From Eubacteriales bacterium (GTDB lineage: Bacteria; Bacillota; Clostridia; Oscillospirales; Acutalibacteraceae), in assembly GCA_030533225.1 (NCBI GenBank), contig JAUNJO010000001.1, positions 34,402 through 98,401 of the forward strand: a DNA stretch of 64,000 nt, given 5' to 3'. This document shows, one piece after another, positions 38,441 to 48,284 of the stretch. Below the pieces are notes generated by a model. It was given only the letters and a program-made list of their open reading frames with translations. It did no database searches and was not told the origin of the DNA. Position numbers and translations under genes: made by a program. The first letter of the stretch is position 1, and every line of letters begins with the position of its first letter.

Positions 38441-38881
38441 TTAAGCCTCTTCATCTTCGGCATCCATAAATTCCGTGTATGTTTCCGGAGGATCTCCGTA
38501 AAGCATAACGATATCGTTGAAATCAGCATCCCAAGAAGACAAATAACATTCTGCTTCTACGACATCGGGGTGCTTGGTTGCTTCCAGATAGGCTTTTTTT
38601 ATGTCATCATTGACCGGTTCAGAGAAGGACCAAAGCTGCGAAAAGCCTTTAATAAAGGCAATTTTTGCACTGCCAAAGCCGAAGTTCTCCTTATGTTCCA
38701 TTTTAACGTGACCGTCTTCATCAAAAACAGGTTTACCCTCAGCATCACGAACGATGATCCACTTTTCAGTTCTACCGCAGCGACAGCAGTGACGGTATTC
38801 CTCTTGGGTACGGCAGTTAAAATCCGTTGTATACATACCCTTACATTGCGGGCATTCAATAATATCTTGTACGCTACTCAT
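38441..38881 (-). CDS. Hypothetical protein with CxxC/CxxC zinc ribbon
   Basis: CPQC...CCRC; last gene of operon 2. Confidence 0.7.
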   Translation of the reverse strand: MSSVQDIIECPQCKGMYTTDFNCRTQEEYRHCCRCGRTEKWIIVRDAEGKPVFDEDGHVKMEHKENFGFGSAKIAFIKGFSQLWSFSEPVNDDIKKAYLEATKHPDVVEAECYLSSWDADFNDIVMLYGDPPETYTEFMDAEDEEA

Positions 38882-38899
38882 TTGTAAACGCTCCTTTCT

Positions 38900-39832
38900 T
38901 TATACGGCAGCACGGAGGCTCCATAGCCCACGTCCGTCGTGATTGAAATGTTCAGGATTACACTGAAGAGTCTGGCGGATTTTTTCTTTCCACCATTTGT
39001 TTGCCTGAGCCTTTTTGTGTGGTTCTATCTGTTCATAAAGATACGTGAGGGAGACAGCTCCGTCACATTCTTCGAGAACAGCAGCAACGACATCGCGCCA
39101 AGTTGCCCCTGGCATATCACGGATATCCATCGTCTTTTGACTGCACATAAGCACAGGGATTGCCATCGGCGAATCCTTGCGTACAATCAGCACGTACTCA
39201 TGCAGAATCGGGATAAATGACCCGGAATATTGGGTGTTGTCCGAAAAGCAATTGTGTTGCGCCTTAATGATGATGTTTTCCATGGTACCGGGCTTGACGA
39301 TTTCGGCAATCATACTATAAAGCTTGCCTTTCTTTTTGATGTCGCCCATAAGCACAGCCATTCTTCCGCCTTTTTCCAAAGCTGAAAACTGCTTCATCAT
39401 CGCGTAGTTCATCGCCTGAACAAAGCGTTCCCAGTCTGGGATGCGGGACAGATCAAGTAGCATCGGATCGTAGCCGTATTTATTCTTCACGTCAGCGGCT
39501 TTGTACATCACATCTGAATACTTGATGATATCCCAGTATGGTGGATGCCAGAAAATGAATTCCGGCCTTTCCTGGATATCGCAGTTCATAATGTCAAAAC
39601 CACTGTGAAGGTCATAGATCCGGCTCTGGATGCCGAGCTTGTCTGCAGCTGCCTTAGTGGTGCCACTACCACACATATAGTCGCAGATCTCTTGGGGCTT
39701 AAAGAACCCAATTAGATCCTCAATCAACTTTGGAGAGCAGTTACCACGGTAACGGTTGTTGCCACCGGCACCGCGTTCCGGATAGGACACGATGCTGGTA
39801 AGCGGTCTTGATAATTCATTTTTGTAAGCCAT
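38900..39832 (-). CDS. Orphan amino-DNA methyltransferase with C-terminal HTH
   Basis: DYMCGSGTT (motif I), FWHPPY (motif IV), C-terminal TWRDVVAAVL...KIRQTLQ domain. Confidence 0.82.
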   Translation of the reverse strand: MAYKNELSRPLTSIVSYPERGAGGNNRYRGNCSPKLIEDLIGFFKPQEICDYMCGSGTTKAAADKLGIQSRIYDLHSGFDIMNCDIQERPEFIFWHPPYWDIIKYSDVMYKAADVKNKYGYDPMLLDLSRIPDWERFVQAMNYAMMKQFSALEKGGRMAVLMGDIKKKGKLYSMIAEIVKPGTMENIIIKAQHNCFSDNTQYSGSFIPILHEYVLIVRKDSPMAIPVLMCSQKTMDIRDMPGATWRDVVAAVLEECDGAVSLTYLYEQIEPHKKAQANKWWKEKIRQTLQCNPEHFNHDGRGLWSLRAAV

Positions 39833-40732
39833 TTAATCACCTCCAACTTGCTTTTTGTCGGAGGATTTGGCTTCGGTATGCGTATTTTGAGCAATATACT
39901 CATTTACGACCGTATGCGCCACCTCAGAAACGGATTCCCAATAGCTTTCCCAATAGCCGTCGTTCATTCCGAGTGCTTTATGAATGCGTTCCGGAATGCT
40001 TTTGTCGGCAATGAGTGCTTTGTACTGTTCATCCGTTAAGGCGCCAACACTATCCCAACCTTCAATCTGGTTCACAAAGTCCTCAGTGCGACTCAAATCA
40101 ATGAATTCGCGGCCGAGTGTTCCGTAAACTGAGTTTGGGAGAAGAAGCGACATCTTGGTAATGGCCACACTGTAATGACTGGAAGAATGCCATCCGTCGA
40201 GCCATCCTTCATAGGAATCAGCATCGGTATCAACCTGATATTCGTTGCTATCCATCCAGTCTGCCAGGCACCCGTTTTTCATTTCATTCTCAAGCTTTGC
40301 GTTCAATTTGGCCTTTGCCTCATAATAATCCGCATACACTTCGGTGGAATGACCGTAATCATCGTTTGCCGCCCAGTCTTCCTCAAGAATATAGATTTCT
40401 AAGGTCTTTCGGGGACTTTTCAGCACGAGGATCTCTTCGGGAGCCATAATGACATAATCCAGTGTAATATCGTCCAGCTTCTTTTCGGTTCCATAGAGAG
40501 CAGAAAAGCGTCTCTCGACGTCTTCGATATCACTCGGAAGACAAGGCGGATCGAAATAACAGTGGATATCCGGAGTTTCATTTTCCGTTTCTCTGTCATC
40601 GTCGGTTCTTATCTCCAGAATGAAACCGTTTAAGCCTCGATAATCACTTGCTGCAGTGCCGACGACTTCAGCACCGACACGGTACGTAACACCTTCATAG
40701 ATAAATTCCTGTCCAACAACGTTATAAACCAT
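39833..40732 (-). CDS. Hypothetical ICE protein
   Basis: Coupled in operon with RBS; no family recognised. Confidence 0.75.
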   Translation of the reverse strand: MVYNVVGQEFIYEGVTYRVGAEVVGTAASDYRGLNGFILEIRTDDDRETENETPDIHCYFDPPCLPSDIEDVERRFSALYGTEKKLDDITLDYVIMAPEEILVLKSPRKTLEIYILEEDWAANDDYGHSTEVYADYYEAKAKLNAKLENEMKNGCLADWMDSNEYQVDTDADSYEGWLDGWHSSSHYSVAITKMSLLLPNSVYGTLGREFIDLSRTEDFVNQIEGWDSVGALTDEQYKALIADKSIPERIHKALGMNDGYWESYWESVSEVAHTVVNEYIAQNTHTEAKSSDKKQVGGD

Positions 40733-40744
40733 ACCGACACCCCC

Positions 40745-41872
40745 TTAAATGTGATAATCGATGCCGACGAAGACCACGTCATCATCTGCGTCATCGATAA
40801 ACTCATCAACGGTGCGGCGCCATCCTTCGATGGTAATCAATTTCCTATTCACTAAATCAAAATCTTCGAATTCAGACTTGGAACGGTATTCTTCCTCGTG
40901 GAAGAGGTCGTGTACGCTGATTGGATACTTCCATTCATCCGGGATACCATACTCGTGCAGGTACTCCTCTAAGGTCTGTCCTTGACGATAAACGAGCTCA
41001 CCATAGGATAAAACGCCCTTATCGGTAATACTGCAGTATTTTTCCTCAGTTTCGCCGGCTTGGAACATTGCTTCAAGCTTATGGAATCTTTCTGTAGCTT
41101 TTTGATTACGCCAACGGCGCATCTCATCCCACTGGATATCTTTTTTTCGAGCACAGGCAACCCATCGATAGTCTTCCGGCGCCGGATACTCGTCATCGGT
41201 GAAAAGACCTCTTTCGCCGAAAGAATATTCGGTGCAATCCGTTTTAACAAGGAACATCGCCGGCCAACGTCCGCCAATGCTATACCAGTCATATACGCCG
41301 TCAGGATTATACCATTCGCCGTACTTGCCGGTTTCCTCGTTTCGGACCGCATAACATTCCTGTTCAAGATAGTCTTCAAACGATTTGTACATTTTCCTGC
41401 GCGGATAATCAGGAAGGACCTTCATCTTCTTTGCTCGTTTGGAGCGTTTGGGATGATGAAGCGGACCGAAATCTTTTTGATATACCAGTCCGTCCTTTAC
41501 GATGAATCTGCCCCAAAGCGGACGGGAGTTTTCCTCAACGATACGTCCATCGGGAAGTCTTACGCAGGTAACGTGCTTGTTATAATCGGCAAGGAATTCT
41601 TCTGTGCGATCCTCAAACACAAGATATCTCTTGTCTTCGGTACAACAGTTGAATCGCTCCATCTTTTCACGGATAACGGGGATCAACTCACGTCCAAAAG
41701 CCGTTCCGATGCTATTGAGCATTTCCGAACGAATTCTCGTCATCACGTTTTCGATGATTTTGCCGGGTTGTAAGGAGTGAATTTCCTCCTGAGCTTTTGC
41801 TATGTCTTGTTCCCATTCGGGATCCGGAGTAACTTCCGGAAGATATACAGTTAATAAAGATCTAAAATGCAT
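40745..41872 (-). CDS. Hypothetical protein with phage-type YNP..YDWYSIGGRW motif
   Basis: Motif YNPDGVYDWYSIGGRW; ATG 41872 after RBS AAAGGA. Confidence 0.7.
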   Translation of the reverse strand: MHFRSLLTVYLPEVTPDPEWEQDIAKAQEEIHSLQPGKIIENVMTRIRSEMLNSIGTAFGRELIPVIREKMERFNCCTEDKRYLVFEDRTEEFLADYNKHVTCVRLPDGRIVEENSRPLWGRFIVKDGLVYQKDFGPLHHPKRSKRAKKMKVLPDYPRRKMYKSFEDYLEQECYAVRNEETGKYGEWYNPDGVYDWYSIGGRWPAMFLVKTDCTEYSFGERGLFTDDEYPAPEDYRWVACARKKDIQWDEMRRWRNQKATERFHKLEAMFQAGETEEKYCSITDKGVLSYGELVYRQGQTLEEYLHEYGIPDEWKYPISVHDLFHEEEYRSKSEFEDFDLVNRKLITIEGWRRTVDEFIDDADDDVVFVGIDYHI

Positions 41873-41892
41873 AATAGACCGTCCTTTCTTAT

Positions 41893-41929
41893 AAAAAGAA
41901 TGGGCAACTGTATTCTTCCAGCTGCCCAC
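41893..41929 (-). terminator. Internal intrinsic terminator after the VWA gene
   Basis: 11-bp stem GTGGGCAGCTG/CAGTTGCCCAT + TCTTTTT. Confidence 0.75.
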
Positions 41930-41947
41930 CTTTTATATCTGATGTTG

Positions 41948-44257
41948 TTATACCCGTATATGTCGCTTGACCACATTGGTCAGCTTCGTGGGCAGTTGTG
42001 TTAAGTCAGAAATGTCAAGAAACGAATCACCGTAGATTCGCTCTATATTCTGCTTATCGTTACCGATTGCTGCGGCAATAAAGAGAATACCTTTTCTTTG
42101 ATATTCCTGCTTAATACCTCGCAGATCTTCTTCAGCAGCCGTGCCGTAATAGCCGTCTGCCGCAGGTTGACCGTCTGAAACCAGTATGAGCAGCTTTACT
42201 GCTTCCGGTCGTTTTGAGAGCTTCTCTGCAACAAATCGCAGAGCTGCACCGTCTCGGTTGCTTCCTCGTGCACTGATATCCATCATTCGGTATTTATCAT
42301 CCTGGTCGAAGCTGTCAAACTCAGCATAAGAATAGAGGTCAACAGACTCGCCACTGCCATGGTACCCGGTTGAATGACCGTATACCGTAACGGGAATGTC
42401 GAGGCTCTGACAGAAATCATACAGAATAATTGCTGCGGCACGAGCATAGGTGCAACGGTCGCAGGAGCACATAGAACCGGATTCATCCAAAAGAAGCCCT
42501 ACAGCAAGTTCGGGGATTTCCTGAGGCAAATTGTTCTTATAGAACACCTTACCGTCATTTCGGCAAAGAGCGTGGGCATCAAGCCTTCGTCCCATAACGA
42601 GACCGGTTTGTTTGCCACCGCGCCGATTTTCCTTGAGTTGCTTTAGAAGACTCTTTTGAAGCTGACGGGATATGGTAATGAGTGGCCCGGAGATATAATT
42701 GTACTGGTCAACCAGTTCTTCATCCACCGAAGCAATTCGATTTACCCGAACTGAGATACCCTCATGAACATTCCCGTAGGAAATATTCTGGGCCACGTCG
42801 TTGAGTTCTCGAATGCGCTCATTCTCTAACTGCTCACAGGCAGCCTTTTCCGCCATTTTCTCCAGTAAGCGCTCGATATCGGCGGCAGCACCATCGTACA
42901 TCTCTCGCTGATAGTCATTGTCGTGTTCAATGGTTCCACCGGTAGGATTGGAAACGCCGGATGTCTGTCGCAACGGTATTCGACCTTTTTCAACACGGGA
43001 CACCTTTTGCTTACCGCCTCCGGCACCACCACCGGGCATCGCTTCGCCTTCACCCATAGGAGAACCTGATGAGGTGCCTTCGCCACCACCAGACTCAGAT
43101 GAATTTTCATCAACCTCTGAATCAGTCTGGGGAGCAGCGTTCTCATCTTCGCCTTCAGGATTAGAACCAGAACCGTCCTCACCGTCTTCAGCATCCTCAT
43201 GGGTTTTCTCTCGCGCTTTTGCTGTGGCTGAGGTGTTCGATTCTCCGGCACCTTCCGGTACAGGAGTGCTGTTGCCGGTACCGGCAGTTGAACTACCTGC
43301 AATGGACTGCAGCACTTCGGAAAGGGTTTGCGCAATGCTTGAGGTGCCACCGGCAGCTTCGGCCTCTTGCTGGCGCTTTTTACATTCCTCGCAGAAGTCC
43401 TCAAGATAATCCCAGCATCTCACAATGATTGTATTGATGACAGCGAGCCTTTCCTTGCCGGATCGGCTCATAAGTGCTGTATCAATATCGTTGATAAGAC
43501 TGAAGACCACCTGAATTCGTTCTTCTGACAGAGGCTCCTCACCGTATTTAATCTCACCAAACTTGGCATAGGACAGCATAATCTGAGCAATGCTTTCGAA
43601 AATGTGTCTATCTTCCGTGTCTTCCTTTTCGATAAGCTCCGTAACGGTAGGAATCTCTTCGAAGTGAATTGCTCGAAGCTCTTCCAGACCGTAGCCAAGT
43701 TTACCCGGGAAGTTAGCGAGTATACGGTTTTCTACATATCCGTCATCGATGATATTGGAAATGTAGCCGGATATATATTGCACCATTTCAAGGTTCTTGG
43801 CATCTTCCTTTACGTACTCCCAAAAAGCTTTTTCTCTTCGGGCATCCGCAGAGGTTGTCAGAACCGGTGGGTATGGATACCATTTATACGTGCTCAAATA
43901 ATTGGAGTGAGTCTGCTGAGCCAAAAAATCCGTATACAGGATATGTCCAAGCTCGTGTGCAAACACACCGAGGATTATCTGATATCTGTTTTCGCGTCCT
44001 TTTGTTTTGGAAATGAACGGATGCCCGGCATTGATCTTAACGGACATATTATCGGTAGCAGCAAAGAATCCATCCTTGGCGTTCCAATAGATGTTGACAC
44101 GGACACGCCGGTTATAATGATACCGGCGCGTCTGTGCAGCTGCTAAATCTTCAAGATGTCCCGCAAAAAGACGGGACGTGAAGAATTGTCTGTCCGTGAT
44201 TTTGCTTCGCTTCTCGTTCAGACGCTGTTTAACTAATTTGTGATTCACCCTTGCCAT
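41948..44257 (-). CDS. HExxH + acidic linker + VWA (CobT-like) protein
   Basis: HELGH, E/G/S-rich linker, LLLDESGSM MIDAS, NRDG, ILVSDGQP. Confidence 0.85.
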   Translation of the reverse strand: MARVNHKLVKQRLNEKRSKITDRQFFTSRLFAGHLEDLAAAQTRRYHYNRRVRVNIYWNAKDGFFAATDNMSVKINAGHPFISKTKGRENRYQIILGVFAHELGHILYTDFLAQQTHSNYLSTYKWYPYPPVLTTSADARREKAFWEYVKEDAKNLEMVQYISGYISNIIDDGYVENRILANFPGKLGYGLEELRAIHFEEIPTVTELIEKEDTEDRHIFESIAQIMLSYAKFGEIKYGEEPLSEERIQVVFSLINDIDTALMSRSGKERLAVINTIIVRCWDYLEDFCEECKKRQQEAEAAGGTSSIAQTLSEVLQSIAGSSTAGTGNSTPVPEGAGESNTSATAKAREKTHEDAEDGEDGSGSNPEGEDENAAPQTDSEVDENSSESGGGEGTSSGSPMGEGEAMPGGGAGGGKQKVSRVEKGRIPLRQTSGVSNPTGGTIEHDNDYQREMYDGAAADIERLLEKMAEKAACEQLENERIRELNDVAQNISYGNVHEGISVRVNRIASVDEELVDQYNYISGPLITISRQLQKSLLKQLKENRRGGKQTGLVMGRRLDAHALCRNDGKVFYKNNLPQEIPELAVGLLLDESGSMCSCDRCTYARAAAIILYDFCQSLDIPVTVYGHSTGYHGSGESVDLYSYAEFDSFDQDDKYRMMDISARGSNRDGAALRFVAEKLSKRPEAVKLLILVSDGQPAADGYYGTAAEEDLRGIKQEYQRKGILFIAAAIGNDKQNIERIYGDSFLDISDLTQLPTKLTNVVKRHIRV

Positions 44258-44287
44258 AAAATAGGGTTAGCCTCCTCTCTGATAAAT

Positions 44288-46162
44288 TTATGCGGTCGCC
44301 TTACGCCTCTTAGGAGGAATAATAGGCTCTAAAACCGCGCTGATAAGTGCTTCACGGTCGAGTTCGTCTGCCGTTGCCTTACTGATAATGGTGTACATAG
44401 CCGAATTGTAGACGTCACCTGTGATTTCAGCACTGATAATCCAGTCGATAAGACCTCGCATACCGTAGGAACCGTCTGTAATACTGTTCTTTCGGCAATA
44501 CTCAGCCAGATCATTAACAACCTGGACCATCTGCAACACCTGAAATTCATCGGTGGCACCTGTAACCGACATTGCACGTTGTACCATTACCTCAGGGGAT
44601 GGCATTTCCACGTCTCGCACCAGACTCATACGGTCAATAACCGACTGGTTCATACCACGGCATCCCTCGTAGCTGACGTTGGTCGTAACAACCACAACAG
44701 CATCCGGGTGACGCTCGATGATTTCGCCGGTCGGCAATGTGATAGAACCGGTCTGCTCAAGCAAGGAGTTAAGACCGACCAACACACCGGGTTGAACGAT
44801 TGTCGAAGGCTCCTGGATTTCGATAACGTAACCGTTCTTCAGGGCCTTGATAAAGTCCGTTTCCACATAGGTGTAAGTCTGTCCGCTGCTCTTTGCGTTT
44901 TCATCACGCTTAGAAAGCGCTCTGACCTTCTCAGTGACCTTATCAAGCACAATGGCCATACAGTCCTGAGAGCTTGCATCCGGCTTCTCAACACCCGTGA
45001 GAACCTTGTAAACACCTGCAGGGTCATAATCCATATCGTCAAGCTCAGGCAAATTCATCAGTTTCGAGACATTGGCGTAGTTAACTCCGCCCATACTCTT
45101 AAGGAGTGCATTTTCTGCATCCAACTGTGCATCTCCCGTAGAGCTCGCATCCGAGTCCGGAAAGATCATACCGACAAAGTCGAAAATCTCTGTGCCTGCC
45201 GAACAGGTATATTTCATATACGGCAGATTCAGTCCTGCAGCAATCGCCTTGGCGCCCATCGTTTTACCGGTACCTGCAGGTCCGCGCAACAAGAAGTTAC
45301 GCATCTGCATCGGTTTCCCGGTGGTGAGCTGAGCGTGCTTACAGATATCCACGACCTCATCCGGAATGATGTACCAAGCCGGAAGTGTAGGGATCAATGA
45401 CTGCTCAACAGCATTAAAGCTTCTTTTACCAAATTCATACTTGCCAACAAAGTCCTCGTGTTCCACCAAGGTCGTGGCCTTACTTACGGTAACGCGGCCG
45501 GTCTGTGCCATAATGACAAACTCACCGGCAATGACGGTCTTCGGTGCAAAGAGCCCCGAGTCCATCTGTGCCTGGGAGACGCGCAACAAATTCCCCGATT
45601 TATCTACGTTCACTTTAACGTGAGCCGCACAGGTTTCATCTTTGATGCGCCGATACGCGTTATCACAAAGGATAGCCATTGCATCCCTTGCGCCGTCAAA
45701 ATCCGCAAAGCCTTTGGCATAGTGGTCACGGTAGGTATTGAAGTTCTCCTCAAACTCATCGTCTGACATCAGTACCGGGAACAGTGCCATCATTACGGCA
45801 GCACCGTCTCTTCCGGAAGAGTTCAAGGTATAATTCTCAAAGACCTCCGTGCCTTTGTCATAAACCGAGGCCATAATGCTGCCCTTATCGCTGTCATAGA
45901 CAACCAAATGGTAAACATCCGGACCTACGGAGGACTTGTATTCTGCAACAGTTCTTTGGTCAATGATTCCAACCGCGCCTTCTCCTGTGGCTTGCATACA
46001 GTTTATAACTGCATGGATCGCCTTGATCATTGTGGCGCAGAGGGTTGAGGTTGTTTTATCACCGTACTTGGATGATACGTTGACCTTTTTGTTGGACAGC
46101 GTATTAAACGGTGCCGGCAAATCTCTGCCGAAATTGAAAATGTTGTTCATGTATGTAGCCAT
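44288..46162 (-). CDS. MoxR/CbbQ-like AAA+ ATPase with long N-terminal extension
   Basis: GPAGTGKT, IEIQEP (atypical Walker B), GLNSLLE, NQSVIDR; ATG 46162 with RBS. Confidence 0.85.
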   Translation of the reverse strand: MATYMNNIFNFGRDLPAPFNTLSNKKVNVSSKYGDKTTSTLCATMIKAIHAVINCMQATGEGAVGIIDQRTVAEYKSSVGPDVYHLVVYDSDKGSIMASVYDKGTEVFENYTLNSSGRDGAAVMMALFPVLMSDDEFEENFNTYRDHYAKGFADFDGARDAMAILCDNAYRRIKDETCAAHVKVNVDKSGNLLRVSQAQMDSGLFAPKTVIAGEFVIMAQTGRVTVSKATTLVEHEDFVGKYEFGKRSFNAVEQSLIPTLPAWYIIPDEVVDICKHAQLTTGKPMQMRNFLLRGPAGTGKTMGAKAIAAGLNLPYMKYTCSAGTEIFDFVGMIFPDSDASSTGDAQLDAENALLKSMGGVNYANVSKLMNLPELDDMDYDPAGVYKVLTGVEKPDASSQDCMAIVLDKVTEKVRALSKRDENAKSSGQTYTYVETDFIKALKNGYVIEIQEPSTIVQPGVLVGLNSLLEQTGSITLPTGEIIERHPDAVVVVTTNVSYEGCRGMNQSVIDRMSLVRDVEMPSPEVMVQRAMSVTGATDEFQVLQMVQVVNDLAEYCRKNSITDGSYGMRGLIDWIISAEITGDVYNSAMYTIISKATADELDREALISAVLEPIIPPKRRKATA

Positions 46163-46187
46163 GACTGAGTAATTCCTTTCTGCAGTT

Positions 46188-46916
46188 TCACTGCGTGAGA
46201 TTGATTTTGATGCCCTGAGGGATACACTTGACGTCATCAAGCCCGTTCTTTTCAAGCTCTTTGCAAATGGCAGGCCAGCTTTCCTTAACGGGAAGTTCAT
46301 CGGCGGTCAGAATGATTTCGGTCATTCCTTCACCAATTGCCTCATTGCAACGCTTGTTAAGCTCAATAATGTGTGCATCAGCCCATTCAAAGGCGACCAG
46401 GTCGAAGTTTTCTTCCTGAGGTTCATTCGTGTCCGTGTCATCTTCCTCAGACTCATTTGGTTTTGCAGGAGCACAGTTGCATTCAATTGTCACAACCTGT
46501 AGATTTTGGATGACTACGTGTGCACGGCGATAACCACCTGCACGGTTGAGTAAAATGAACACATCTTCGCCCAGTTCAATGAGCTGTCGGGCATTCGGTG
46601 CTTCCCAGACCCATCTTGCTTCCGGATAGGATGCTGTTACAAGCTCTGTAATCCGTCTGAGTATGACAGAGTAAGCAATGTCTCTCACATCTTTTTCCGT
46701 CGGCTCCTTAGGCTCCGGTAATGCCGGCAATGGTAACGGTTCTACTACCTCAACTCGCTTAGGAGAGAGAAACAGCAGCCGTAATGCCGTAATGAAAATG
46801 CCGATGATGAGGAGGAAAATGATTGGCCAAAGCCGACATAAATACATCAGCAAGGTCAACATCACAAGGATCACTAAGACTTCATAGGCAATATGCCGTT
46901 TCCAATCCTTCTTCAC
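46188..46916 (-). CDS. Hypothetical membrane protein
   Basis: Two N-terminal TMs; coupled in operon. Confidence 0.75.
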   Translation of the reverse strand: MKKDWKRHIAYEVLVILVMLTLLMYLCRLWPIIFLLIIGIFITALRLLFLSPKRVEVVEPLPLPALPEPKEPTEKDVRDIAYSVILRRITELVTASYPEARWVWEAPNARQLIELGEDVFILLNRAGGYRRAHVVIQNLQVVTIECNCAPAKPNESEEDDTDTNEPQEENFDLVAFEWADAHIIELNKRCNEAIGEGMTEIILTADELPVKESWPAICKELEKNGLDDVKCIPQGIKINLTQ

Positions 46917-47299
46917 AGTTTTTGATTTCCTTTCCGTAATCGAGATGGCGGAATGTAAATATGCAACCAGAGTGCATCGCTGTCATCCGCCTGGTTTTTC
47001 AAGAGAATTGCCGCGGGGAGTGTCGGGCAGTACAGCTCACCACGCATATTATCGTGACTTACAAATACCTGCCCGAGCACGGTCTTTCCTCGGAATCCGC
47101 TTGACAGTTGCAAGACTTCACGGAAATTGTCAGCGTCGTTATGAACAACGATGCTGCACTGCTTATGGGGAGAGACACACATAAGAATGCTTCTCACCTC
47201 CTCGGCAGTAAGGCTCCGATCGGTCTTTTCGTTCAGTATTGCTCTGAACTTTGTGTTCTTTTCTGACTCAGACAAGAGACAGAAAGCCGCATTCCGCAT
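46913..47299 (-). CDS. Hypothetical protein
   Basis: ATGA-type overlap with the next gene. Confidence 0.7.
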   Translation of the reverse strand: MRNAAFCLLSESEKNTKFRAILNEKTDRSLTAEEVRSILMCVSPHKQCSIVVHNDADNFREVLQLSSGFRGKTVLGQVFVSHDNMRGELYCPTLPAAILLKNQADDSDALWLHIYIPPSRLRKGNQKL

Positions 47300-47394
47300 A
47301 AGACACCTCCTTCAGAACGCAAAAAAGCGCACATGGTTCTCATTACAGAAACTCATGTGCGCCCTTAATACGCTCTATTCATTTGTTCGCTCCT

Positions 47395-47886
47395 TTAATT
47401 CTGATCATCAAAGAACGAATTGCCGCCAAAAGGTTCAAAGCCGGTGAAACCACCAGAGCCGTCGCCGGAATTAGCTGCAGGAGCTTGAGCAGGTGCCTGA
47501 TTGCTTGTGCCGTTCGTCGCATTGCCGTTGGAATTGGACTTTCCGCCGCCGGAAGCGTACTCAATCTCATCGAGAATGATAACTGTACAACTCTTCTTTT
47601 CGTGCGTGTTCTGGTCTTCCCAGACATCCTCGTCCAACCGGCCCTCAATGTTGATGAAAGAGCCTTCCTTCAGCTGCATCTTTTCGATACGATCGACGAT
47701 CGGGCCAAAGCCCTTTACGGAATAGTTGAGCCATCTTGCGTTGTTCTCAGCCTTCGGATCATAGACCTTCTTGCCGATGCGGAAACGTACCGATGCGGCA
47801 GAGTCATTACCTCTGGTGATACTGATGGCGGGTTTGTTGTCATATCCTCTGGAAATGACGACTTGGGTTGCGAATACCTTTAACAT
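47395..47886 (-). CDS. ssb: Single-stranded DNA-binding protein
   Basis: OB-fold (GSFINIEGRLDEDVW), G/N/Q linker, acidic-aromatic C-tail (FFDDQN). Confidence 0.85.
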   Translation of the reverse strand: MLKVFATQVVISRGYDNKPAISITRGNDSAASVRFRIGKKVYDPKAENNARWLNYSVKGFGPIVDRIEKMQLKEGSFINIEGRLDEDVWEDQNTHEKKSCTVIILDEIEYASGGGKSNSNGNATNGTSNQAPAQAPAANSGDGSGGFTGFEPFGGNSFFDDQN

Positions 47887-47967
47887 AGGTTACTCCTTTC
47901 TGCAGGGTTTGCCTGCAACAAAAATTTATATTTCAACCCACACTGTTGTGGGGCGAAACCGGGAAAT

Positions 47968-48093
47968 AAAAAAAGTGCCAATCAGCACATAAGTGCTAAC
48001 TGACACTGTGAAAACTCTGATAACTGTGTTCGGTACACGACCAAACTCTGATACTAACACGGTTATTATAGCAGATTATTTCCCAATAGTCAA
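47968..48093 (-). promoter_or_regulatory. Conserved leader copy 2
   Basis: TTGACT-17-TGnTATAAT (48093-48065); 15-bp terminator stem + T7; heads the ssb-AAA-VWA-MTase operon. Confidence 0.85.
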
Positions 48094-48113
48094 TCTTTTC
48101 GCAAAAAATCAGG

Positions 48114-48281
48114 TCAATCGGCTTTTACAAGAGACTTTTCAATCTCGGTTCTTGCAAAATCCAATGCTACCATAGCCTTGACTTCATCAAAGCGAAAAGT
48201 GCCATCTTCGGTTTCGTTTTCTTTGATTACTGCTTCAAGCTTACCAAGCAGTTCGTAGATCTTTTCTTTATTAGAACCCAC
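48114..48281 (-). CDS. 55-aa hypothetical protein, absent from the ORF track
   Basis: GTG start after GAGGTG; MGSNKEKIYELLGKLEAVIKENETEDGTFRFDEVKAMVALDFARTEIEKSLVKAD. Confidence 0.6.
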   Translation of the reverse strand: MGSNKEKIYELLGKLEAVIKENETEDGTFRFDEVKAMVALDFARTEIEKSLVKAD

Positions 48282-48284
48282 TTA

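Noticed and set aside
41948-46162. CobS/CobT cobaltochelatase annotation
   Set aside because: No cobN or other cobalamin genes, and the context is a mobile element. Only the AAA/VWA folds are shared.
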